DNA of 64,000 bases from Myxococcota bacterium. Its GTDB lineage: Bacteria > Myxococcota_A > UBA9160 > SZUA-336. Position numbers and translations under genes: made by a program. Below, piece by piece: positions 40,653 through 50,835 of the stretch. The notes under the pieces were generated by a model that searched no databases, was not told the origin of the DNA, and worked only from the letters and a program-made list of their open reading frames with translations. How positions within the stretch are numbered: position 1 is the stretch's first letter; every line of letters starts with the position of its first letter. Where the stretch lies: NCBI GenBank assembly GCA_965247115.1, contig CBDFGR010000003.1, positions 960,001 through 1,024,000 on the forward strand, read 5' to 3'.

Positions 40653-42197
40653 TCAGACGCCGCGCAGTGAAGCGACGCCGGCGCGTTTGCGCTGTACGAG
40701 CTTGTTCAGTGCATGGACGTAGGCCTTCGCGCTCGCCAAGATCACGTCGGTGTCCGCAGCCTGACCGATCACACGAAGGCCGTCTTCCTCCAGCGACACG
40801 CTGACCTCGGCCTGCGCGTCGATGCCTCCGGTCACGGCGTTGACCTGATAGCGCAAGAGCTGCGCCTTGCTCTGGGAGAGCTCCTCGATCGCCTGAAAGA
40901 TAGCGTCCACCGGGCCGCCACCCATCTTGGCGATCTTCCGGTCCTCGCCACTCACGACCATCTCCACCGTTGCGGTTGGGGTCGCGAAGGTGCCGCTCAC
41001 CACGGACAGGTTCTCGAGCTTGAAGTGTTCTTCCACCTGCAGCAGCTGATCCGTGACGAGCGCCTCTATGTCTTCGTTGTAGATCGTCTTCTTGGCATCC
41101 GCCAGATCCTTGAAGCGCTTGAAGGCGGAGTTGAAGTCCAGCTTCTCCGGGTCGAAGCCGAGCTCCTTCAGCCGCTCGCCAAAGGCGTGGCGACCGGAGT
41201 GCTTCCCGAGCACCAGCTCGGTCTCCGCTCGCCCCACCGACTCGGGCGTCATGATCTCGTACGTCAGCTTGTTCGAGAGCACGCCGTGCTGGTGGATCCC
41301 GGCCTCGTGCGCGAACGCGTTGTCACCGACGATGGCCTTGTTCGGCGGCACGTGCACGCCGATGACCGTGGAGAGCATGCGGCTCGTGGGATAGATCTCC
41401 TTCGTGACGATACCCGTATCACAGGCCTCGAAGAACTCGCTGCGGGTCTTGAGAGCCATCACGACCTCTTCCATCGAGGTGTTCCCTGCCCTCTCCCCGA
41501 TGCCGTTCACGGTGCATTCGACCTGGCGCGCGCCGGCCCTGATCGCGGCCAGGGAGTTTGCGACCGAGAGTCCGAGGTCGTCGTGGCAGTGGACGGCGAA
41601 GCGGATCTCATCGCTCGTCCGCAGGTTTGCCCGCAGGAAGCGGATGAGCTCCGCGTACTCGTCGGGGGTGGTGTAGCCGACCGTGTCCGGCACGTTTAGC
41701 GTGGTCGCGCCTTCGTCGATCGCCCGTCGGTAGACCTTGATCAGAAACTCCCAGTCGGAGCGCGTGGCGTCCTCTGCCGAGAACTCCACGTCGGCCACGT
41801 AGCCGCGCGCACGCTTGACGGACCGACTGACCTCTTCGAGCACCTGCTCCTTGCTCATGCGCAGCTTGTCGCGCATGTGGATCTCGGAGGTGGCTATGAA
41901 GGTGTGGATGCGCGCCCTGTCGGCCCCGCGCAGCGCCTCGCCGGCTCGGTCGACGTCCTCGTCGCTGGTGCGGGCGAGCCCGCAAACGATCGGTCCCTCG
42001 ATCTCTCGAGCGATCTCCCGCACAGCCTCGAAGTCGCCCTGCGAGGCGATCGGAAAGCCCGCCTCGATCACGTCGACGCCGAGCCTCGCGAGCTGACGCG
42101 CGAGCACGAGCTTCTCCTCCAGGTTCATGCTGCAGCCCGGGGCCTGCTCGCCGTCGCGCAGGGTCGTGTCGAAGATTAGGACTCGCTTATCGGACAT
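40653..42197 (-). CDS. leuA: 2-isopropylmalate synthase
   Basis: DTTLRDGEQ, HCHDDLG, GIGERAGN, HEAGIHQ, plus regulatory domain. Confidence 0.97.
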   Translation of the reverse strand: MSDKRVLIFDTTLRDGEQAPGCSMNLEEKLVLARQLARLGVDVIEAGFPIASQGDFEAVREIAREIEGPIVCGLARTSDEDVDRAGEALRGADRARIHTFIATSEIHMRDKLRMSKEQVLEEVSRSVKRARGYVADVEFSAEDATRSDWEFLIKVYRRAIDEGATTLNVPDTVGYTTPDEYAELIRFLRANLRTSDEIRFAVHCHDDLGLSVANSLAAIRAGARQVECTVNGIGERAGNTSMEEVVMALKTRSEFFEACDTGIVTKEIYPTSRMLSTVIGVHVPPNKAIVGDNAFAHEAGIHQHGVLSNKLTYEIMTPESVGRAETELVLGKHSGRHAFGERLKELGFDPEKLDFNSAFKRFKDLADAKKTIYNEDIEALVTDQLLQVEEHFKLENLSVVSGTFATPTATVEMVVSGEDRKIAKMGGGPVDAIFQAIEELSQSKAQLLRYQVNAVTGGIDAQAEVSVSLEEDGLRVIGQAADTDVILASAKAYVHALNKLVQRKRAGVASLRGV

Positions 42198-43002
42198 CGC
42201 TTTCCGTCTCCCGTGGGGTCTCTTCGAGCGCGCTGGCGCGCTCGCGTCGCCGCAGGATGTGCCAGTAGACCGGACCAGACAAGAGGAAAGTGATGCCCAA
42301 TCCGAACATCATCGGCTCGTGGTTTAACAGGATGGCCACCGTACAGAGGACGAGCGCGACCAGGCTCGGGTAGGCCCGTCTCCCTTCGATCTTGATGATC
42401 TTGAGACTCGGGTACGGCACCGGGCTCACCATCAACAGAGCCAGCAGCGCGAAGCTGCCCGTGATCAGCATGCCGAGAACGGGCGTGAAGGGCGGCGCGA
42501 GGTCGATCCAGGTCACGAACCAGACCATGACAGCGACGAAGCCGCCGGCAAAAGTGCTCGGAAGACCCTCGTAGTGCAGCTGATCGCCGACTCGCGCCGC
42601 CTTTACGTTGAAGCGCGCGAGCCGCAGCGCCGCACACAGCGAGAAGAGCGCCGCGATCAGCCAGCCGCGCGGACCCAGCGGGATCAGCATCCAGTTGTAG
42701 AACAGGAGCGCAGGCGCCAGCCCGAACGAGACGAGGTCCGACATGGAGTCGTACTCCACGCCGAACGAGCTGGTGGAGCGCGTGGCGCGAGCGATCCGAC
42801 CGTCCAGCATGTCCGCGATCGCGGCAAGCACGATCGCCAGGCCAGCCCGCTCGTAGTCGCCACGGATGGAGAGCGTGATCGACCAGAAGCCCAGCATGAG
42901 CGCCGCGGTGGTGATCAGGTTCGGCAACAGGTAGATCGCTCGACCTCGCTCCCCATCACCGGACTGCCGACGCCTTCGGACTCGCCGCTGAGTCACGCTC
43001 AT
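42187..43002 (-). CDS. pssA: CDP-diacylglycerol--serine O-phosphatidyltransferase
   Basis: LPNLIT, D.LDGRIAR...SSFG.E.DS.SD.VSFG.AP, ALRLARFN. Confidence 0.93.
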   Translation of the reverse strand: MSVTQRRVRRRRQSGDGERGRAIYLLPNLITTAALMLGFWSITLSIRGDYERAGLAIVLAAIADMLDGRIARATRSTSSFGVEYDSMSDLVSFGLAPALLFYNWMLIPLGPRGWLIAALFSLCAALRLARFNVKAARVGDQLHYEGLPSTFAGGFVAVMVWFVTWIDLAPPFTPVLGMLITGSFALLALLMVSPVPYPSLKIIKIEGRRAYPSLVALVLCTVAILLNHEPMMFGLGITFLLSGPVYWHILRRRERASALEETPRETESDVR

Positions 43003-43007
43003 CTCCG

Positions 43008-44024
43008 TCAGTTCTTCGCCTTGTCGACCAGGCGCTGCTCGGCGAGCCACGGCATCATCGCTCGCAGCTTGCGCCCCGTTTCCTCGAGCGGATGCTGGTC
43101 ACCAAGACGCGTCAGTGCGTTGAAGACCGGCTTGCCAGCGCGCGTCTCCGTCAACCACTCACTCGCAAACTTCCCGGACTGGATCTCCGCCAGGATGTGC
43201 TTCATCTGGGCTCGCGTGGCCTCGTCAACCACGCGTGGGCCACGCGTCAAGTCCCCGTATTGCGCGGTGTTGGAGACCGAATAGCGCATGTTCGTGATCC
43301 CGCCCTCGTAGATGAGGTCGATGATGAGCTTGAGCTCGTGGATGCACTCGAAGTACGCCATCTCGGGGGCGTAGCCCGCCTCGGTCAGCGTCTCGTAAGC
43401 CGCCGTCATGAGCGCCGTGAGACCGCCGCACAACACAGCCTGCTCTCCAAAGAGGTCGGTCTCCGTCTCCTCGCGGATTGTCGTCTCGATGATCCCGGCG
43501 CGGCCCCCGCCGATGCCCTTTGCGTAGGCGAGTCCGACCTCGAGGGTGTCCCCGCTGGGATCGCGATCCACGGCCACCAGGCAGGGAACGCCGGCACCCC
43601 TGGAGTAGGCATCTCGGACCAGGTGGCCCGGGCCCTTGGGCGCAACCATGAATGCGTTCACCCCTTCGGGCGGCGAGATGCAACCGAAGTGGAAGTTGAA
43701 GCCGTGGGCCAGGGCCAGGTAGTTGCCCGGCTCCACGTTGGGGGCAATCTCCTGCTCGTAGACGTCGCCCATCGTCTCGTCGGGAAGCGTCATCATCACG
43801 ACGTCGCCCGTCGCTGCGGCGTCGCTTACGGACAGCACCTTGAGCCCCATCGCCTCGGCCTTCGGCTGGCTGCTGGAGCCCTTCCGCAGGCCCACAACCA
43901 CGTCGATCCCGCTGTCTCTCAGGTTGAGGGAGTGGGCGTGACCCTGGCTCCCGTAGCCCAGTATCGCGACCGTGCGCCCCTCGAGCCGCGCCAGATCGGC
44001 GTCCTTGTCGTAGAAGACCTTCAT
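43008..44024 (-). CDS. ilvC: Ketol-acid reductoisomerase
   Basis: [31 protein letters not shown]. Confidence 0.98.
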   Translation of the reverse strand: MKVFYDKDADLARLEGRTVAILGYGSQGHAHSLNLRDSGIDVVVGLRKGSSSQPKAEAMGLKVLSVSDAAATGDVVMMTLPDETMGDVYEQEIAPNVEPGNYLALAHGFNFHFGCISPPEGVNAFMVAPKGPGHLVRDAYSRGAGVPCLVAVDRDPSGDTLEVGLAYAKGIGGGRAGIIETTIREETETDLFGEQAVLCGGLTALMTAAYETLTEAGYAPEMAYFECIHELKLIIDLIYEGGITNMRYSVSNTAQYGDLTRGPRVVDEATRAQMKHILAEIQSGKFASEWLTETRAGKPVFNALTRLGDQHPLEETGRKLRAMMPWLAEQRLVDKAKN

Positions 44025-44154
44025 GCGTAAAGCTCCTCCCGTCGTCTCCGACGGTCACTCGGCAAAGCATCCGTACGGATGGGGCTGGAGAACGAGCAAT
44101 CGATCCCCCCACGCGACGCGCCGTGCGCCGCTCCAGGGGGGTGGTTTCGAGCGC

Positions 44155-44376
44155 CTACCCGTCGACGTGAGCCAGAATTCGCGCGATCTGGTCCTTCCCG
44201 GCGAGCTTGCGCTTCTTGATCATCTTGCGCTCTGTCTGCTCGGACGGACTCAGATGCGCCTGGGAGTTCAGGTCCTCGAGCTGTCTCTCGAGCTCGAGAT
44301 GTTCCTCCCAGAGCTGGCGCAGTTCCCCGTGATTCGGCAGCAAGGACTCGATCCGCGCCCGCTCCTCGTTCTCCAT
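44155..44376 (-). CDS. DUF465 (YdcH-like) small protein
   Basis: L.EEH..LE...K.KL.GKD.I pattern; GAGG RBS. Confidence 0.75.
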   Translation of the reverse strand: MENEERARIESLLPNHGELRQLWEEHLELERQLEDLNSQAHLSPSEQTERKMIKKRKLAGKDQIARILAHVDG

Positions 44377-44418
44377 ATACCCTCAATCAATCCGGAGGTT
44401 TATGCCACTTGATCGAAG

Positions 44419-45153
44419 CTAGGGTATTGGTTCGGCCGGAGAGTGTCCAGCACGCCGCGCCACCTCGGCTTGCGGTTTGCGCAGATAGCGAAGCTCGACC
44501 TCGGGGCCGGGTAAGGACCCTCCGGCCTCGGCCAGTCGCGCACCGAGCAACCCTACGCTCGCTGCGCGCGGTCGCGCCTGAGCCGCACTCAGGATGCGCG
44601 CGCGTTCGCCGTGGGCGGCCTCGATGAGCTTCGCATGGCGCAGTGCTCCGCTCCCCAGAAAGTGGAGGCGGTCGCCCGTGTGGGGAAGGGAGCGGAGCCA
44701 CGAGCCCGGCTCCGTAACCCGGTCCTCTTGCAGCTCGTGGCCGTTGGGTCCGTACAGGCCCGTGTACACCTCCCCTCGACGTGCGTCGAGCATGGGGACG
44801 ATGTGCAGGGCGTCTCCCGCATGCATCGAGAGGGCGGCCAGCGTAGGAACCGGAACGATCCGTCGCTCGGTGTCGAAGCATAGGCCAAGGGCCATCGCCA
44901 GCCCTACGCGGAGACCCGTGAAGGAGCCGGGGCCGATCGACAGTGCGATCAACGGGAAGTCGTCGAGGTTCCGCCCGGCGCGCTGCAACAGCTGGTCCAG
45001 CGTCACGAGCAGGGTGGACGCGCTCCGCTGGGACGCGCCAAAGCTCTGCTCTGCGAGGAGACGGGGGCCCTCCAGCAATGCGACTCCACCGGCTTCGGTG
45101 GCGGCCTCCAGCGCGATGATTCCAGCAGGCGGCCGGGAGGCCGCTGTGCTCAC
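44419..45153 (-). CDS. tsaB: tRNA t6A biosynthesis protein TsaB
   Basis: GPGSFTGLRVG, DARRGEVY, Y.R..QAE. Confidence 0.93.
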   Translation of the reverse strand: MSTAASRPPAGIIALEAATEAGGVALLEGPRLLAEQSFGASQRSASTLLVTLDQLLQRAGRNLDDFPLIALSIGPGSFTGLRVGLAMALGLCFDTERRIVPVPTLAALSMHAGDALHIVPMLDARRGEVYTGLYGPNGHELQEDRVTEPGSWLRSLPHTGDRLHFLGSGALRHAKLIEAAHGERARILSAAQARPRAASVGLLGARLAEAGGSLPGPEVELRYLRKPQAEVARRAGHSPAEPIP

Positions 45154-46772
45154 ACCAGTCCTCTGAGGAAGCCGACGATGCCTTCCCAGTTCCGGGAGAT
45201 GTCGTTCCAGAACGCGAAGCCCATCAACACCATGATCAATGACAGGCCCACGGCCTGGGCCATCTCGCGCGCGCGGTCGGGAAGCGGGCTGCCTCGCACG
45301 AGCTCCGCAAGCGTCAGGAGGATCTGCCCGCCGTCGAGTACAGGTATGGGCAGCAGATTGAGGATGGCGAGGTTCACACTGATCACCGCCATGAACGAGA
45401 AGAAGTCGGCCCAGGAGCGCTGGAGTGTGTCGGCCGCGATCTCCCCGATGCCAATCGGTCCTGCCAGGCTTCCGATGCCGACGGAGCCACTGAAGAGCTG
45501 AATCAGCCCCCGGACGATCAGCACCAACATGTCGCCCGTGCCCACCACGCCACGCCAGAGCGCCACGAACGGGTTGGCGATCACCTCGTCCACGAACTCA
45601 CCACCGGCGAGCTCGGGGCCGATGGTGATCCCGATCACGAAGCGCGTCTCCATGCCCCCATCCCGTGTCGGGATCACTCTCTTGGTGGCGCTCAGCTCGG
45701 TGCTCACGCTCTGGCCGTCGCGCAGGAGCTCGAGCTCGAGCGACTCGCCCTGGCTGGCACGGATCAGGGCTCTGACCTGCTCTCCGCTCACAACCGGCTG
45801 ACCGGCCACTCTCAGGAACAGGTCTCCCTTCTCCAGGCCTGCGGCTCTGGCAGGACTCGCAGGCTCGACATCGAGCACGCTGAAGTCGGCGGACACGAGG
45901 CCCAGGGCCTCGAGCGTCCGTGCCTCCTCGGTCCGGATCGTCAGCAGGAGACGTTCTTCCGTGTCCTCCAGGCTGCGCCGCACGTCGAGCTCGAGCGCTC
46001 CCTCAGCCTGGCCGATGGCCGTGGCCAGACCGTAGCGATCCGCGATCTCGACGCCGTTCACGGCGTCGATCCGGTCACCGGTGCGCACGCCGGCCCGTGC
46101 CGCCAGGCCGTCCTCGTCCGTCACACCAACCATCGAAGAGGCGGCGAACGACTCGACGCCGATCGGCCCGACCCCTCCATCCTCCAGACGCTCCCGCTCG
46201 ATCACGAACTCGAGCGCTTCCCCGTCCCGCTCCACTCCGATCGCGACCGCGTGAGCTTCGGCGGAGCGGAGGGCCGAAGTCAGGTCCTTCCAGCGCCAAA
46301 CCTCCGCGGAGTCCACGCTGACGATGCGATCTCCTGGCAGCAGTCCACTCTGCTCTGCGGGGGACTCCGGCCGGACCGCGCCGACGCGGGAGGTCAGCGT
46401 CGGAATGCCCGTCATCAGGAGCCCGGCGACCACGAACACCGGCAGGAGCACGTTCATCGCGGGTCCGGCGAGCGCGATCGCGATCCGTTGCCACGGCGGC
46501 TTGTAGTTGAATGCGCGCTCGCGCTCGGCTTCCGGCAGCTCCTCGCCGGGAACCTCGCCAAGCATCTTGACGTAGCCGCCCAGCGGCAGGGCGGCCACGA
46601 CGTACTCGGTCTCTCCAACCGTGCGCCGCAGCAGCGCCGGGCCGAAACCGAGCGAGAAGCGTTCGACCCGGACGTCGAACAGCTTCGCAACGAGGAAGTG
46701 GCCGAGCTCGTGAACAAAGATGAGCACGCCGAGCAGGATCACGATCGGCAGGAGCGCGTCGCCGAGACTCAT
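45150..46772 (-). CDS. rseP: RIP metalloprotease RseP (multiple PDZ domains)
   Basis: HELGH, PLGGYVKM, NLLPIPVLDGG. Confidence 0.96.
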   Translation of the reverse strand: MSLGDALLPIVILLGVLIFVHELGHFLVAKLFDVRVERFSLGFGPALLRRTVGETEYVVAALPLGGYVKMLGEVPGEELPEAERERAFNYKPPWQRIAIALAGPAMNVLLPVFVVAGLLMTGIPTLTSRVGAVRPESPAEQSGLLPGDRIVSVDSAEVWRWKDLTSALRSAEAHAVAIGVERDGEALEFVIERERLEDGGVGPIGVESFAASSMVGVTDEDGLAARAGVRTGDRIDAVNGVEIADRYGLATAIGQAEGALELDVRRSLEDTEERLLLTIRTEEARTLEALGLVSADFSVLDVEPASPARAAGLEKGDLFLRVAGQPVVSGEQVRALIRASQGESLELELLRDGQSVSTELSATKRVIPTRDGGMETRFVIGITIGPELAGGEFVDEVIANPFVALWRGVVGTGDMLVLIVRGLIQLFSGSVGIGSLAGPIGIGEIAADTLQRSWADFFSFMAVISVNLAILNLLPIPVLDGGQILLTLAELVRGSPLPDRAREMAQAVGLSLIMVLMGFAFWNDISRNWEGIVGFLRGLV

Positions 46773-47929
46773 CGCCGCCGTTCTCCGATGAACTGTCGCG
46801 CTCGCTCGCGAGCGGATCGATCCGCGCTACGGATCTCGTCGAGTGCGAGACCCGGCAGCACGAGCTCCCGCTCTAGCACATGCTCGGAGGTTGCCACGAT
46901 CGTGGGAAAGGAGATCGCACCGTCGAGAAACGCGGCCACCGCGACTTCGTTCGCCGCATTGAGCGCGGCTGGCGCCGTCCCTCCGCGACAGAGAGCCTCC
47001 CGGGCCAGGCCGAGCGCAGGAAAGCGCGCTTGATCGGGAGCTTCGAAGCGCAAACTGCCGACGGCGACGAGGTCCAGCGTCGGCAGGTCGGGCAGCGGGA
47101 GCCGCTCGGGCATGCCGAGAGTGTAGGCGATGGGAATACGCATGTCGGGAATGCCGAGCTGCGCGAGCCAGCTGCCGTCGCGGAACTCGACAAAGGAGTG
47201 GACGATGCTCTCCGGGTGAATCACCACATCGATCTGCGCCGGTTCCAGGTCGAAGAGCCAGCGCGCCTCGATCACTTCAAAGCCCTTGTTCAACAACGTC
47301 GCAGAGTCGACTGTGATCTTGTCGCCCATGTCCCAGTTCGGGTGGGAAAGCGCCTCGTCGGGTGTCACCGTCTCCATCCGCTGTGACGTCGCCTGCCGGA
47401 AGGGGCCCCCAGAAGCCGTCAGCACGACCCGCCGCAGGGCCTCACGCGGCTGGCCGGCCAGGCACTGGTGGATGGCCACATGTTCCGAATCGAGCGGTAG
47501 GATTGCAGACCCCGAGCGGCGCGCCTCCTCCAGAACCAGCTGGCCGGCCGTGACGAGCACCTCTTTGTTCGCAAGCGCGACCTGTGTGCCGCTGCGGAGC
47601 GCCGCGATGATCGGCTCCAGGCCCAGACGACCGACAAGGGCCCCGATCACCAGATCGCTCGGCTCCGAGGCCACCTCGATCAGTCCTTCAGGGCCGAACA
47701 CGACCCGGATCTCCGGGTCGCCGAGCGCAGCCTGTACGCGGATCGCGTCGTCCCGCGAGGCGACGGACACCAGACGAGGTCGGAACTGCTTGGCCTGCTC
47801 CAGAACCAGGCCCACGTTGCGTCCCGCCGCGATGGCCGAGACCGTGAGCCGCTCTCGAAAGCTGCCGATGACCTCTAGCGCCTGAGTCCCGATCGATCCG
47901 GTCGATCCCAGGATGCTGACGCTCTTCAC
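46769..47929 (-). CDS. dxr: 1-deoxy-D-xylulose-5-phosphate reductoisomerase
   Basis: LGSTGSIG, LANKE, DSEH, TASGGPF, HPNW.MG.KI.VDSAT; GTG start overlaps the uppS stop. Confidence 0.97.
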   Translation of the reverse strand: MKSVSILGSTGSIGTQALEVIGSFRERLTVSAIAAGRNVGLVLEQAKQFRPRLVSVASRDDAIRVQAALGDPEIRVVFGPEGLIEVASEPSDLVIGALVGRLGLEPIIAALRSGTQVALANKEVLVTAGQLVLEEARRSGSAILPLDSEHVAIHQCLAGQPREALRRVVLTASGGPFRQATSQRMETVTPDEALSHPNWDMGDKITVDSATLLNKGFEVIEARWLFDLEPAQIDVVIHPESIVHSFVEFRDGSWLAQLGIPDMRIPIAYTLGMPERLPLPDLPTLDLVAVGSLRFEAPDQARFPALGLAREALCRGGTAPAALNAANEVAVAAFLDGAISFPTIVATSEHVLERELVLPGLALDEIRSADRSARERARQFIGERRR

Positions 47930-48666
47930 GAGCCCTTCCGGACCTGCGCGCCCGTGCGTCCGAAGCGCCGCTCGCGCCGCTGGTACTGCTCGATCGCCTC
48001 CACCAGGTCCTGCTTGGTGAAATCCGGCCAGAGTGCGTCGGTGATCCACAGCTCGGTGTAGGCGATTTGCCAGAGCAGAAAGTTCGAGATCCTGTGCTCC
48101 GCTCCTGTGCGGATCAGCAGGTCTGGATCCGGAAGGTCGGGTGCGTACAGCATCTCGCGGATGTCCTTCTCCTCGATCGCTTCCGGATCGAATCCCCCGC
48201 TCTCGACGCGACGCGCGATCGCGCGCACAGCATCCACGATCTCCGTCCGGCCGCTGTAGGAGAGGGCAAAGGTCAGGACCATCTGGTCGTTGCCTGCGGT
48301 GCGCGTCTCGAGGGTGCGCACCGCCCGTTGGAGCGGCGGCTTGAGCACGTGCAGTCGGCCAATCGTCCGAACCTGGATGCCGTTCGCCTCGAGCTCCTCG
48401 GACTCCTCGGAGATGTAGTGGTCGAGCAGACCCATGATCGCCTCGACCTCGTCCGTGGGACGTTCCCAGTTCTCGGTCGAGAACGCATAGAGCGTCAGCT
48501 GCTTGATGCCCAGCTCGTGTGCGGCACGGACCACCTCTCGTACGACCTCGGTTCCGCGGCTGTGCCCCAGGGTACGCGGAAGCCCGCGGGACTCAGCCCA
48601 GCGGCCATTCCCGTCGGGGATGATCGCCACGTGGCTTGGGATGTTGGCGGGATCAAGACGGCTCAT
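47926..48666 (-). CDS. uppS: Undecaprenyl diphosphate synthase
   Basis: HVAII.DGNGRWA, YAFSTENW.RP, DLLIRT..E.RISNFLLWQ. Confidence 0.97.
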   Translation of the reverse strand: MSRLDPANIPSHVAIIPDGNGRWAESRGLPRTLGHSRGTEVVREVVRAAHELGIKQLTLYAFSTENWERPTDEVEAIMGLLDHYISEESEELEANGIQVRTIGRLHVLKPPLQRAVRTLETRTAGNDQMVLTFALSYSGRTEIVDAVRAIARRVESGGFDPEAIEEKDIREMLYAPDLPDPDLLIRTGAEHRISNFLLWQIAYTELWITDALWPDFTKQDLVEAIEQYQRRERRFGRTGAQVRKGS

Positions 48667-48672
48667 TCGTTG

Positions 48673-49242
48673 TCAGATCCGGAGGATCTCCTCCTCTTTC
48701 GACGCGATTACCTCGTCGATCTTCGAGGTGTAGTCGTCCGTGGCTTCCTGGATCTTTCGCTGGCCAGTTCGCGACTCATCCTTGGTCAGGTCTCCATCCT
48801 TCTCGAGCTCCTTCAGCATCGAGATTGCGTCACGCCGCGCTCCCCGCACGCCGACCTTGTGATCCTCGGCCATTTTCTTGACCTGCTTCACGAGATCGCG
48901 ACGCCGTTCCTCCGTAAGCTCGGGGATCGGGATCCGGAGCAGCTTCCCATCGTTGACAGGTGCGAGTCCAAGGTCGCTCTTCAAGATGGCTTTCTCGATC
49001 TCTGGGATCGTTCCCGAATCAAAGGGCTGCACGGTCAGCAAGCGCGCCTCGGGAGCGTTGATGGTGGCGAGCGTCTTCAGCGGTGTTGGCGAGTCGTAAT
49101 AGTTGACGGAGACTCCCTCCAGGAGCACCGGGTTCGCTCGACCGGTTCGTATCCGCGAGAGCTCGTGTGCGAGGCTGCCCAGAGATTTCTCCATCGCCTC
49201 CTTCCCTTCCGTCAGGACCAGATCGACATCCTCGTCGGCCAC
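48673..49242 (-). CDS. frr: Ribosome recycling factor
   Basis: IRTGRA, P.LTEERR, KE.EI. Confidence 0.97.
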   Translation of the reverse strand: MADEDVDLVLTEGKEAMEKSLGSLAHELSRIRTGRANPVLLEGVSVNYYDSPTPLKTLATINAPEARLLTVQPFDSGTIPEIEKAILKSDLGLAPVNDGKLLRIPIPELTEERRRDLVKQVKKMAEDHKVGVRGARRDAISMLKELEKDGDLTKDESRTGQRKIQEATDDYTSKIDEVIASKEEEILRI

Positions 49243-49257
49243 CCGCGTTCCTCCTCA

Positions 49258-49971
49258 TCAAGCGCCCACGGCCGTCCCAATCGGCTCACCGTGAATCGCT
49301 CTAAGGATATTCCCTCGGGTCTCCATATTGAAGATCACGATCGGGAGCTTGTTGTCCTGACACAGCGAGATCGCGGTCGCGTCCATGACGCCGAGATTTC
49401 GATGCAGAAACTCCCTGTACGTCACCTGCTCGTACTTGCGTGCCCCGGGAAACTGCTCCGGGTCGGAGTCGTATACCCCGTCCACCCGGGTTCCCTTCAA
49501 CAGAACCTCGGCGCCGACTTCCATCGCGCGCAGGGCTGCACCTGTATCGGTGGTGAAGAAAGGGTTCCCCGTGCCGGCGGCAAAGATCACGATCCGGCCC
49601 TTCTCCAGGTGGCGGACGGCTCGACGGCGGATGTGCGGCTCCGCTACCTGCCTGATCTCGATCGCGGACAACACGCGTGTCGTCGCCCCCGACTTCTCTA
49701 GCCCGTCCTGGAGCGCTAATGCGTTCATGACGCTCGCGAGCATGCCCATGTAGTCCGCGGCGGTGCGGTCGAGCCCTTCGGCCGCAGCGGTGATGCCGCG
49801 AATCACGTTTCCGCCTCCACACACGATGCCGAGCTCCACGCCGGCCTCCGAGACCTCGACTAGCTGCTCCGCCGTCTCGCGGACCTTCGACGTGTCGATC
49901 CCGAAGCCCCCCCCTCCAGCCATGCTCTGTCCGGAGATCTTGAGGAGAACGCGCTTGTAGACGGGTTTCAT
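49258..49971 (-). CDS. pyrH: Uridylate kinase
   Basis: YKRVLLKISG, GGGN..RG, GTGNPFFTTD. Confidence 0.97.
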   Translation of the reverse strand: MKPVYKRVLLKISGQSMAGGGGFGIDTSKVRETAEQLVEVSEAGVELGIVCGGGNVIRGITAAAEGLDRTAADYMGMLASVMNALALQDGLEKSGATTRVLSAIEIRQVAEPHIRRRAVRHLEKGRIVIFAAGTGNPFFTTDTGAALRAMEVGAEVLLKGTRVDGVYDSDPEQFPGARKYEQVTYREFLHRNLGVMDATAISLCQDNKLPIVIFNMETRGNILRAIHGEPIGTAVGA

Positions 49972-50807
49972 CCCTCGAGCTCTTCTCCCAATTGGAGACG
50001 CCGGAATCCCGTAATCTCGGCCCCGGCCTGCTGGGCGGCTTTGGCCACCGTCGTGTCGGAATCCATCACGAGCTGTTGCTCGAGGAGCACGACCTCTTTG
50101 AAGAACTTGCTCAGGCGGCCTTCTACCATCTTCTCGATGATCTTCGGGGGCTTGCCTTCCTGCTCCGCTTGCACGGTCAGCACACGGCGCTCCTCGGCCA
50201 CCAGATTCGCAGCCAGATCGTCTCTCGAAACGCTGGACGGACTCACGGCGGCGACGTGCATGCAAACGTTGTGCGCCAGGGACTTCACGGCCTCGTCGAA
50301 CGGATCGTCTGCCTCGACCTGCACGAGCGCGCCGATCTTCCCGCCGGCGTGGACGTAGCTCGCCACAACCCCGTTGCTCGCGGCCTCCAGGCGTTCGAAG
50401 CGCCGAAGCTGGATGTTCTCGCCCAGCTTGGCGATCGCTGCTGTGATCCTTTCCTCCATGCCCTTGCTCAGCTGCTCGACATCGAGCGGAGCCTGATCTC
50501 GTGCGAAGTCGGCACTCTGCTGACACAGCTCGGCGTAGTCGTCCGTCTTCGCAACGAAGTCCGTCTCGCAATTGAGCTCGACCAGTGTCGCGACCTTCGC
50601 GTCCGACGAGACGCTCGCCGTGATCCGCCCCTCGGTCGTGGCTCGCCCCACTCGCTTACTCGCCTTCGCAATGCCGCGTTCGCGGAGCAGCTGGACGGCG
50701 CGCTCGCCGTCGCCCTCGGCCTCGACCAGGGCCCTCTTGCACTCCATCATGCCTGCGCTTGTCTTGTCGCGCAGCGCCTTCACTTCTGCAGCTGAGATCC
50801 TTGCCAC
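49968..50807 (-). CDS. tsf: Elongation factor Ts
   Basis: VK.LR.KT.AGMMECK.AL, ELNCETDFVA, GENI.LRRF. Confidence 0.97.
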   Translation of the reverse strand: MARISAAEVKALRDKTSAGMMECKRALVEAEGDGERAVQLLRERGIAKASKRVGRATTEGRITASVSSDAKVATLVELNCETDFVAKTDDYAELCQQSADFARDQAPLDVEQLSKGMEERITAAIAKLGENIQLRRFERLEAASNGVVASYVHAGGKIGALVQVEADDPFDEAVKSLAHNVCMHVAAVSPSSVSRDDLAANLVAEERRVLTVQAEQEGKPPKIIEKMVEGRLSKFFKEVVLLEQQLVMDSDTTVAKAAQQAGAEITGFRRLQLGEELEG

Positions 50808-50835
50808 CTCTCCCTCCTTGTCGTTCCGGGGTCGG

